From: an uncultured Chloroflexia bacterium
GTDB lineage: Bacteria > Chloroflexota > Limnocylindria > Limnocylindrales > CSP1-4
Length of the DNA: 64,000 nucleotides
NCBI GenBank assembly: GCA_963833225.1
Contig: CAWHXD010000008.1
Span: forward strand, 512,001 to 576,000
Direction of reading: 5' to 3'
Under the pieces are notes generated by a model that was given only the letters and a program-made list of their open reading frames with translations, made no database searches and had not been told where the DNA came from. Below, piece by piece: positions 1-12,056 of this stretch. Each line of letters starts with the position of its first letter. Positions within the stretch are counted from its first letter, which is position 1. The position numbers were made by a program, and so were the translations under genes.

Positions 1-2
1 AG

Positions 3-1771
3 GCGCTCGGCGGCGACCGGTGGCGCGCCTCGTTCAAGGTCGGGATCCTGGGCCGCCACGCGTTCACCGTGGCCGCCTGGACCGACGCGTGGGCAACGTG
101 GCACCGCGATCTCCGGAAGCGCCTCGATGCCGGACAGGACGTCGGCGTGGACCTCCAGATCGGCGCCGCGCTCGTCGATGGTGCCGCGAGCCGCGCCAGG
201 ACCGCCGGCGCCAGGGCCGACGCGAAGGCGCTCGAGAGCTGGGGGGCCGCGCTCCGCAGCGAGCACCATCGCGGCGATCGCGCCGGCCGGGCGCTCGACG
301 AGGTGCTGGACCGGTTGATGCGCACCCACGCCGACCGCACCCACGAGACGCGCTTCGAGCCCACCCTCGAGATCGCCGTCGAGCCGGAGCTCGCCCGCTT
401 CTCCACCTGGTACGAGCTGTTCCCACGGTCCGCCTCGCCGGACCCGAAGCGTCACGGCACGTTCAAGGACGTGGCCAAGCGACTCCCCTACCTCGCCGAT
501 CTCGGCTTCGACGTGCTCTATCTGCCGCCGATCCACCCGATCGGAACGACGTTCCGCAAGGGCCCCAACAACGCCACCCAGGCAGGCCCCGGTGATCCGG
601 GCGTGCCCTGGGGGATCGGCTCGCCCGACGGCGGTCACCAGGCGATCCACCCCGAGCTGGGCACGCTCCGGGACTTCCGCGCCCTCGTCGCCGCCGCCGA
701 GAAGCGGGGCATCGCCGTCGCGCTCGACATCGCCTTCCAGGCCTCACCCGATCACCCCTGGGTGGCGGAGCACCCGACCTGGTTTCGGCATCGCCCCGAC
801 GGCACGGTGCAGTACGCGGAGAACCCGCCCAAGAAATACCAGGACATCTACCCGTTCGACTTCGAATCGGTGGACTGGCCGGGCCTGTGGGCGGCGCTCG
901 AGGGCGTCTTCCGCTACTGGATCGCCCAGGGCGTCCACGTGTTCCGCGTCGACAACCCCCACACGAAGGCGTTCCCGTTCTGGGAGTGGGCCATCGGGCG
1001 CATCAAGGCCGACCACCCCGAGATCGTGTTCCTCGCGGAGGCGTTCACCCGGCCCAAGGTCATGTACCGGCTCGGGAAGCTCGGCTTCACCCAGTCGTAC
1101 ACCTACTTCACGTGGCGGACCCGGAAGGACGAGCTGGGCGAGTACCTCGAGGAGCTGTCCACGCCACCGGTCTCGGACTTCTTCGGGCCCAACTTCTGGC
1201 CAAACACGCCGGACATCCTCCATGCCTCGCTCCAGGAGGGTGGTCGTCCGATGTTCCAGGCGCGCTACGTGCTGGCCGCGATGTCGATGCCCAGCATCGG
1301 CATCTACGGCCCTGCCTACGAGCTGGGCGTCAACACGCCGCGCGAGCCAGGCAGCGAGGAGTACTTCGACTCCGAGAAGTACCAGCAGCGGACCTGGAAC
1401 CTCGACGACCCGGTGAGCATTGCCCCCCTCATCCGGCGCGTCAACGAGATCCGCCGCGACCACCCCGCGCTGCAGCAGACCGTCGGGCTGGCGCTCCAGC
1501 CAATCGACGACGAGCAGCTCATCGCCTGGTCGAAGCGGACGGACGACCGCTCGGACCGGGTGGTCACGATCGTGAGCCTCGACCCGGCCGAGGTGCGTCG
1601 GGCGACCCTCGAGCTCGAAACCTACGACCTGTGGCTCGACCCCGGGCGCCCGATCGAGGCCGAGGATCTGCTGACCGGCGACGTGGTCCGCTTCAGCGGC
1701 AACCGGCTGGAGGTCGAGATCGACCCGTCCACGATGCCGGCGAGGATCCTGCACATCCGCGGGCAGGCCTG

Positions 1772-1772
<1 letters not shown>
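3..1772 (+). CDS. glgE: Alpha-1,4-glucan:maltose-1-phosphate maltosyltransferase (5' end outside window)
   Basis: GH13 GlgE motifs [52 protein letters not shown]. Frame is open back to the window start. Confidence 0.95.
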
Positions 1773-5134
<3,362 letters not shown>

Positions 5135-5270
5135 GCCGACCGCCGGCGGGGATCGCCCAGCTGTCACCAGCCGCCGCGCCGCCCGATCATCGCGTACGCT
5201 GGGTCTCCACCCTCGTGACGGCATCGTGGGCGCACGGGCAACGACAGGGAGAATCGCAAACGGTGCACGG

Positions 5271-6329
5271 ATGATCGACGAGGAACCCTTTGGCGAGATC
5301 GCCGGGCGCCCGGCCCGGGCCTTCCGGCTCGACGGCGGGGGCGGGGTCGCGGCCCGCTTCACGGACTACGGCGCCCGCCTCACGGAGCTCCACGTCCCGG
5401 ATCGGGACGGCGTCACGGCCGACATCGTGCTGGGCTTCGACGACGCGGCGGCCTACGCCGCGTGGCCGGTGTACTTCGGGGCCACCGTGGGCCGATATGG
5501 CAACCGGATCCGGCGCGGGCGGTTCACCCTGCTCGGCCGGGACTACGAGGTCGACCACAACGAGGGCGAGCATCATCTCCACGGCGGCAGGCAGGGCTGG
5601 GACAGCCGGTTCTGGGACGCCCAGGTGGACGCGGGCGGCCGCTCGATCACCTTCCGGACCGCCAGCGCCGATGGGGAGATGGGCTTCCCGGGCGCCTGTG
5701 CGGTGCGCAGCACCTATGAGCTCACCGGGAGCACGCTGCGGATCACGATGGAGGCCGTGCCCGACGCCACCACCGTGATCAACATGGTCCACCACTCGTA
5801 CTTCAACCTGGCTGGGCACGCGTCGGGCACCGTGATGGCCCAGGAGATGCGGATCGCCGGCGACTTCTACACGCCGGTCGACCGCGACCTCCTGCCCACG
5901 GGCGAGATCCTCACGCTGGCCGGCACGCCGTTCGACTTCCTGGAGCGGCACCCCATCGGGCAACACCTCGAGGCGCTCGGGGCCGCGGCCGGCAACGCGG
6001 TCGAGGGAGGCACCGGATGGGACCACAACTGGTGCCTGCGAGGGCCCGGGAGCGATGGCCTCATCGAGGCGGCCGAGGTCCATGACCCGGCGTCAGGTCG
6101 CACGCTCCGGGTGCGCAGCACCGAGCCCGGCCTGCAGATGTACACCGGCGGCTACCTCGACGACCAGGTCGCCGGCAAGGGTGGGGCCCGCTACCGCCAG
6201 TACGGGGGCTTCACGCTGGAAACGCAGAAGTTCCCGGACTCGCCCCGGTTCGCCCACTTCCCGACGGCGACGGTGCGCGCCGGCGAGACCTATCGCCACG
6301 TGATGGTGCTGGACTTCTCCGCCGAGTAG
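5271..6329 (+). CDS. galM: Aldose 1-epimerase (galactose mutarotase)
   Basis: GRYGNRI, HHLHGG, HSYFNL, DHNW and FTLETQ motifs. Confidence 0.92.
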   Translation: MIDEEPFGEIAGRPARAFRLDGGGGVAARFTDYGARLTELHVPDRDGVTADIVLGFDDAAAYAAWPVYFGATVGRYGNRIRRGRFTLLGRDYEVDHNEGEHHLHGGRQGWDSRFWDAQVDAGGRSITFRTASADGEMGFPGACAVRSTYELTGSTLRITMEAVPDATTVINMVHHSYFNLAGHASGTVMAQEMRIAGDFYTPVDRDLLPTGEILTLAGTPFDFLERHPIGQHLEALGAAAGNAVEGGTGWDHNWCLRGPGSDGLIEAAEVHDPASGRTLRVRSTEPGLQMYTGGYLDDQVAGKGGARYRQYGGFTLETQKFPDSPRFAHFPTATVRAGETYRHVMVLDFSAE

Positions 6330-6380
6330 GGCCCGACGAGGGCAGGGAACGTCGCCGCTCCCGCCAGACGACCCGCGTCG

Positions 6381-6800
6381 CTACCCGACCGACGCGCCCA
6401 GCAGGGACAGGTCCGCCTCATCGCCGGAGAGCCCCCTCGTCACGTAGATCGCACGCAGGATGGCCGCCTCCGAGGCCGGATCGTTGGCCAGCTGCGACTC
6501 CTGGAGGCGGACCTGGTAGTCCAGCACCTCGCGCTGGCTTCGGACGCTGATGTACTCCCCAACCGCCATCGAGAACGCCCCCGCGAGCAGGCCCGCGATG
6601 CCGGCGATCAGCACGACGCCCGCGTCGTTGCCGGCGGCAGCCCCCACGCCCATCACGAGGGCGAGGTTGCTCACCAGGCCGTCCGACGCCCCGAAGACGA
6701 TCGGCCGCACGACCGTTGCGCCCGGCGTGTCATGCGGTCCGGAGGGCGTCACCAGCCGGGCGACGCGAGCGCGGGCGAAACGGAACGGTGACACGGGCAT
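6381..6800 (-). pseudogene. VIT1/CCC1 family iron/manganese transporter, internally deleted or truncated
   Basis: VFGASDGLVS and AGAFSMAVGEYISV motifs, but only 139 aa. The C-terminal TM helices are missing and there is no room for them before galM. Confidence 0.75.
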
Positions 6801-6816
6801 GCCGCCTGAGCTGCGG

Positions 6817-7296
6817 CTACTCCGAGATACCGTCGAGGTGCTTCTGGGCTTCGAACAGGTTCAACCCGCTGTCGATCAGGTCGAGCAGCGCCGCCATCGT
6901 GCGCTCCTCCTCGACCTGCTCCTCGATGAACCAGCCGAGGAACTGCAGGGTCCGGTTGTCCCCCGCCTCGCGGGCCGCGTTGGCCAGGGCCTCGAACTGG
7001 GCCGTGACCTTGCGCTCGCTCGCCTGGGCGACCTCGACGGCTGCCCGGGCCGAGCCGTAGGCGGTCGGCGCACCGCCCACCGGCGGGAGCGAGAACTCGA
7101 CCTCGTTGTCGATCAGGAAGCTGATGATCTTCGAGGCATGCTCGGCCTCCTCGGTCCCCTGGTCGTGGAAGAACTTGGCCCAGCCGCCCAGGCTCTCGCG
7201 GGCGAAGTAGAGGGAGATGCCCATGTAGGTCTGGTGGGCGGACAGCTCGCTTGCCACCTGGGCGACGAGGAGCTTGCGGGGGGCGTCGGCGATCAT
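6817..7296 (-). CDS. ftnA: Non-heme ferritin
   Basis: Ferroxidase-type motifs EL..H..Y, EEAEHA, FLGWFIEEQVEEE. GAGGAA RBS precedes ATG 7296. Confidence 0.9.
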   Translation of the reverse strand: MIADAPRKLLVAQVASELSAHQTYMGISLYFARESLGGWAKFFHDQGTEEAEHASKIISFLIDNEVEFSLPPVGGAPTAYGSARAAVEVAQASERKVTAQFEALANAAREAGDNRTLQFLGWFIEEQVEEERTMAALLDLIDSGLNLFEAQKHLDGISE

Positions 7297-7348
7297 CGGT
7301 GTGGTTCCTCTCGGCATGTCGGATGCATGAATCGTACGCGGTGCCGTC

Positions 7349-7639
7349 TCAGACCTCGCGCATGGTGTGCCCGTCGGGCTTCCGGCCGTGGCGGGCGGCA
7401 AGCTCCGCGACAACGGCCTCTGCCACCGCCGCCGCGTCACCGGGCCGGTCCGTCCACTCGGACCACGCGAAGGCCTCGAGATAGTCGTCGGTCCCGGCCA
7501 GGCCCTCACGCATGGTGATCCGGCTCACCTCCTGCATGAACCACCTGGGCATGGGCTGGTTGAGCGTCGCGCCGGCATCGTCGGCAACCTGGAGCTGGGT
7601 GGGAATGTCGCGCCAGGCGAGGACGCGGTAGCGGGCCAT
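7349..7639 (-). CDS. Virulence_fact (CvfC-like) small protein
   Basis: WRDIP.Q and GL.GTDDYL.AF.W pattern typical of this family. GAGGAGG RBS. Confidence 0.7.
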   Translation of the reverse strand: MARYRVLAWRDIPTQLQVADDAGATLNQPMPRWFMQEVSRITMREGLAGTDDYLEAFAWSEWTDRPGDAAAVAEAVVAELAARHGRKPDGHTMREV

Positions 7640-7680
7640 CTGGGCCTCCTCGGCTCGGGATCGGTTCTTGCGCGCTCAGA

Positions 7681-8211
7681 TCAGGCCGGGTCGGGCGCCA
7701 GGACGGGGTGGTCAAGACGTCGGGCCAGGTCGTCCTTCTCCGCGTCCGTGAGGTTCCGGTCCAGCACGGCGAGGTACTGCTCCTCCTCGGCGAGATGCAT
7801 CTTCAGCAGAGCGTGGAGCCGGTACAGCGCACGGCGCAGCTCCAGGCCCTCCATCTCGTTCCAGGTGCAGTGGTCCGCGTGGACCCGGTAGGTGCCCAGC
7901 TCCGCGATCAGCGACCGGACGATCTGGTGCTCCTCGCGCATCGGGGCCATGGTGTGGCGCGGGCCCATGATCGCTTCCAGCCGGTCGTACAGGACAGCCT
8001 CAACCGCGTCCTGGTGCGGCAGGTACTGGCCCGCGACGAACCCGTACTCCTCGTTGTACAGCGCGTGCAGCGCCTTGCACTCGACGCGACCCACCATCTC
8101 GGCGAGCGTGAGCAACCGGTCCACGTGCGGCATGAGCAGCGCGTGGTGGGCCTCGCTGGTGGCGCGCAGCGAGAGCAGGCCGGAGCCGGGGTGTGGGCGG
8201 GTGTCGGTCAC
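7681..8211 (-). CDS. Hemerythrin-domain protein
   Basis: HH, H...E..LY, M..EH and H...EE motifs. TAGGAT -10 box 6 nt before GTG (leaderless). Confidence 0.8.
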   Translation of the reverse strand: MTDTRPHPGSGLLSLRATSEAHHALLMPHVDRLLTLAEMVGRVECKALHALYNEEYGFVAGQYLPHQDAVEAVLYDRLEAIMGPRHTMAPMREEHQIVRSLIAELGTYRVHADHCTWNEMEGLELRRALYRLHALLKMHLAEEEQYLAVLDRNLTDAEKDDLARRLDHPVLAPDPA

Positions 8212-8227
8212 CCCGGCATCCTAGCCC

Positions 8228-8719
8228 CTATGCCCCGGCGACGGGGTGCGCAAGGGCAGCCGTGACCGCCTCGGCGACGTCCTCGGACACGCCGTGCTCC
8301 ACGATCCGCAGGTAGGCTTCCTCTTCCGCGATGTGCACTTTGAGCAGCGCGTACAGCTGGAACAGCACCCGCCGCAGGGCGAGCGTGCGCCCGAGCGTGA
8401 CCGTGCCAGCGTCCTTGTCGACGAGCGCTCCGAACTCCGCGACCAGGTCACGGATCCGTGCATGCTCGCGACGCATGGGCGCCATCGAGTGCCGGTTCTG
8501 GAACATCCGCTCCAGCTCCGGGTACAGCGCCCGCTCCGCGGCCTCCATGTGGGTCAGGAGCGTGCCGGCAAGGAACCCGCGCAGGTCCGCGATGCCCGCG
8601 AGGGCGCCGTCGGGCTTGGCAACCAGGAAGGCGTCCGCCATGTCCGGGATGCGGTTGACGCGCTCGAGCAACACCTCGTGGTGCGCGTGGGCGGCCTGGG
8701 GGAGAGTCTGCGAGGTCAT
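8228..8719 (-). CDS. Hemerythrin-domain protein (paralog of 7681-8211)
   Basis: HAHH, HMEAAE..LY, MRREH and HIAEEE motifs. ATGA overlap with the upstream gene. Confidence 0.82.
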   Translation of the reverse strand: MTSQTLPQAAHAHHEVLLERVNRIPDMADAFLVAKPDGALAGIADLRGFLAGTLLTHMEAAERALYPELERMFQNRHSMAPMRREHARIRDLVAEFGALVDKDAGTVTLGRTLALRRVLFQLYALLKVHIAEEEAYLRIVEHGVSEDVAEAVTAALAHPVAGA

Positions 8720-9946
8720 GCCTTGGCTCCTTCCTTGGGCTGGCGCGACAGGGCGACGAAGAACAGGGCCACGGGCCGGTACACGGCGTGGGCGAGCTTC
8801 ATGAACGGCGCCAGGAGCACGAGCTCCATCGCGACCGCGACATGGACCAGGAACATCCAGTAGCCCCAGACCGGAGCGCCGGGGAGATACAGCGCAAGCT
8901 CGATGGCGAAGCCGGTCACGGCAGTCACCCAGAGCAGCGCAAGCAGCAGCCAGTCCGCGGTCGTCGAGCTCCGGACGCTGCGGCTCGCGGCTCGATAGCG
9001 GTCGATGATCAGGACGGTGGCGCCGTACACCAGCGACGCGCCGGCGACCGTGCCCAGCAGGCGCACGGGGTACCAGATCGGCACCGGGGTCCCGGTCTCC
9101 TTGATCCCGACCAGGGCCAGGCCGTAGTCGAGGCCGGTGGCCGCGAGCAGTCCCAGGAAGCCCCACACGACCAGCGCATGGACCAGCCAGCGGCGGCGGT
9201 ACCAGGGCACGGCGGCCGCGACGGCGTCGGCCTCGCACTCATCCCGGAAGCGGACCTGGGCGAGCGACTCCCGCGCGATCGAGGACCACAGCGCGCGTCC
9301 GGTGCGGACGAGCGCCGCCCGGGAGCCCAGCACGGATCGTGGGCTCTCGCCCTCCCGGCGGGCGATGCCGCGGGCCATGGACGCGATCCCGACGAGGCCC
9401 GGCGAGGACGACGATGACCATCAGCCCGATGCCCAGGTTGTGGATGAGCTCGGACGGGATCCATTCGAAGATCGCGAGCGTGGTCTGGTCCATCGGGCCA
9501 CGCGCCGAGAGCATGAACGCGGCGAAGAACACCGCGAGCAGCACGGCGACCACGGTCGCAAGGACGGGCCGGGTGTACATCGTGGCGGCCAGCCGGGTGC
9601 GGTCATAGCTGGCGATCGCATAGCGGCGGGTCGCCGCCATGAACTCGGACGGGTCGGCCTGCGTGGGACAGGTGTCGGCGCACTCGCCGCACTGGTAGCA
9701 CGCCCAGAGCTCCTTGGAGCTCAGGAGCGCGTCCTTCATGCCCAGCTGCGCGTAGCGGATGATCCGCCTCGGGAACGTGCCGTCGGTCTGGGCCATCGGG
9801 CAGGTCGCCGAGCAGGTCCCGCACGAGAAGCAGGCGCTGATGTCGGTGGCGCCGTAGCGCTGGATCTCCGGGTACAGCCCCAGGTCCAGGCGGACGGCGG
9901 TGGAGGCGGCCGGCGTGGTGCCGGCGGGAATGGTGGTCGCGGTCAT
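8716..9946 (-). CDS. QmoC-like protein: HdrC-type 2x[4Fe-4S] domain plus NarI-like membrane cytochrome b domain (frameshift near 9399)
   Basis: CFSCGTCSATCP and CYQCGECADTCP clusters, then TM helices with His residues (WLVHAL, FLVHV, KLAHAVYRP). Removing one G at 9398-9400 joins ORFs 9239-9946 and 8716-9378. Confidence 0.8.
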
Positions 9947-10191
9947 CAGTGGTCCCGCCCGGTGGGCTCATAGAGGAAGTAGCCGTCAGCGTCGGAGCCC
10001 TTGATCTCCGCCAGCCATCCGTAGCGGCGCATGCCCATGACCCAGAACACGGTCTCGTGCGTCGGGGCATGGATCGCGTCGGCGATCTGGGGCACGGTGA
10101 GCGGGCCATCGGCGAGCGCGGCGAGGATTCTCGGGCGCATGACGGGCTCCTCGCGGATCACCTCGCGCGGGTCCCGGTTGGCGACAGGCAT
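9946..10191 (-). CDS. Small winged-helix-like protein within the hdr/qmo operon
   Basis: 81 aa with ILAALADGPLTVPQIADAI HTH-like pattern. Translationally coupled on both sides (TGATG). Confidence 0.7.
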   Translation of the reverse strand: MPVANRDPREVIREEPVMRPRILAALADGPLTVPQIADAIHAPTHETVFWVMGMRRYGWLAEIKGSDADGYFLYEPTGRDH

Positions 10192-12056
10192 CAGACGGGC
10201 ACCTCCACGAGGGCTTCGATCATCGAGGTGATCTCGAGGTCGGTGTAGCCGAGCAGGTCGATCGCGTTCTCGGGGCAGATCGGCACGCAGCCGCCACAGC
10301 CCTTGCAGCCGGTGGGGCTGATGACCGCAAAGTGCCGGTCACCCTCCTCGGCCATGGAGATCGCGTCGTAGGGACAGGCCGTGAGGCAGTCGCCGCAGGC
10401 CGTGCAGGCCTCTGGGGCCACGATGGCGACCAGCGGGTCGAGCTCGGTGAACCCCTTCTTGAGGACCGCCGCGCTCTGGGTCACGGCGGCGAGGCCGGAC
10501 ATGACCGATTCGGCGGACGTCTTGGGCCCCTGGCAGGTGCCGGCGATGAGCACGCCGTCCACCACGGTCTCGACCGGGCGCAGCTTGGGGTGGATCTCGT
10601 TGAAGAACCCGTCACTGCCCGCGGGGAGCTTGAGGATGTCCACCAGGCCCTGGTTCTCACGCGGGACCATGCCCGTGACCAGGACCACCAGGTCCACCGG
10701 AAGCGCAAGCTCCGTCCGCTCGGTGAGCAGGTCACGCACCGTGACGGTCAGCGTCCCGTCGGGCCCGGTGGCGACCGCGGGGGGCTCGTCGTTGTCGAAC
10801 TTGAGGAAGACCGATCCCCGGTCACGGGCCTCGGTGTAGAGCGGCTCGAACTTGCCGTACGTCCGCATGTCCCGGTAGAGGTGGTACTGGCGGATCGACG
10901 GGTCCAGGCCGGAGACCTGCACGGCCGTCTGCACGGTTGCCGTGCAGCAGAACCGGGAGCAGTACTCGTTCGCGCAGCCGGCCGTGCTGCGGCTGCCCAC
11001 GCAGTACACGTAGGCGACGCCGCGGACGGGCCGGCCATGCCAGCTGAGCGGGTTCCCGCTGGCTCCGTCGACCAGCGCCTTGAACTCGGATAGCGTCACC
11101 ACACCGTCGATGCCGTAACCGAGCTCGCCCTCGTCGGGCCGGTACTCGTCGAAGCCGGTGGCGACCACGATCGATCCGACCGCCACCTCGATGGTGCCCG
11201 AGCCCTCGCCGCCGATCCGGACGGTGACCCGGTAGTTGCCAAAGCTGCCGGCCTTGCCGACCAGCTCCGCGCCCGTGAGCACCGTGATCGCCGGCCGGCG
11301 TCGAACCTCGGCGACGAGGCCGTCGATCAGCTCGCTGCCCTTGCGATCGTGGGGGAACATCGAGCCGAAGCCACGGACCCAGCCGCCGAGCTCGAGCTCG
11401 CGCTCGACCAGGGTCACCTGGAGGCCGATGTCCGCGAGGCCGACGGCCGCGCGGAGCCCGGCGATACCGCCGCCGATGACCAGCGTGTGCGGGATGGTCT
11501 CGACGACCATCGGCTCGAGCGGGACGGTGTTCCGGGTGCGCCCGATGCCGGCCCTGACGAGGGCCGTGGCCTTGGCCGTGGCGCCCTCCGGGTCGTCGGT
11601 GTGGACCCACGAGCACTGCTCGCGGATGTTGACCTGGGTGTACTCGTAGGGGTTGAGGCCGGCGCGGGACGCCACGCCCCGGAACGTGTAGGTATGCAGC
11701 TTGGGCGAGCAGGACGCGACGACCAGGCCGTCAAGTCCGTTCGTCTCGATGTCGGCGGCGATGTCCTGCTGGGTGGCGTCGGAGCAGGCGAACATCGCGG
11801 TCCGCGAGACGACGACGTCGCCGTCGTCCCGGATGCCGTCGATGACCTTCTCCACGTCGACGTAGTCGCTGATGTTGCCGCCGCAGTGGCAGACATAGAC
11901 GCCGATCCTCCGGCCCGTCTGGACGCCCACGCCTTCGTTGTCGCCTGCGCGCGGTCGCTCACGCACGCCGGAAGTGCGCTCGCTCGCGTGCTCGGCTCCG
12001 CCTTGGCCTGGACGCCCGGCCGGGCCGACGAGGTCGATCCCCTGCTGCTCGCTCAT
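10191..12056 (-). CDS. hdrA: HdrA/QmoB-like flavoprotein (N-terminal HdrA domain, FAD domain, C-terminal ferredoxin)
   Basis: VYVCHCGGNI, NIREQCSWVH, IGGGIAG, YCSRFCC, HPKLRPVET, and two CxxCxxCxxxCP at the C-terminus. Confidence 0.9.
   Translation of the reverse strand: MSEQQGIDLVGPAGRPGQGGAEHASERTSGVRERPRAGDNEGVGVQTGRRIGVYVCHCGGNISDYVDVEKVIDGIRDDGDVVVSRTAMFACSDATQQDIAADIETNGLDGLVVASCSPKLHTYTFRGVASRAGLNPYEYTQVNIREQCSWVHTDDPEGATAKATALVRAGIGRTRNTVPLEPMVVETIPHTLVIGGGIAGLRAAVGLADIGLQVTLVERELELGGWVRGFGSMFPHDRKGSELIDGLVAEVRRRPAITVLTGAELVGKAGSFGNYRVTVRIGGEGSGTIEVAVGSIVVATGFDEYRPDEGELGYGIDGVVTLSEFKALVDGASGNPLSWHGRPVRGVAYVYCVGSRSTAGCANEYCSRFCCTATVQTAVQVSGLDPSIRQYHLYRDMRTYGKFEPLYTEARDRGSVFLKFDNDEPPAVATGPDGTLTVTVRDLLTERTELALPVDLVVLVTGMVPRENQGLVDILKLPAGSDGFFNEIHPKLRPVETVVDGVLIAGTCQGPKTSAESVMSGLAAVTQSAAVLKKGFTELDPLVAIVAPEACTACGDCLTACPYDAISMAEEGDRHFAVISPTGCKGCGGCVPICPENAIDLLGYTDLEITSMIEALVEVPV

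Noticed and set aside
887-1771. N-terminal extension making TreS 1415 aa
   Set aside because: Overlaps glgE in another frame and is low-complexity. Real start is the coupled ATG at 1772.
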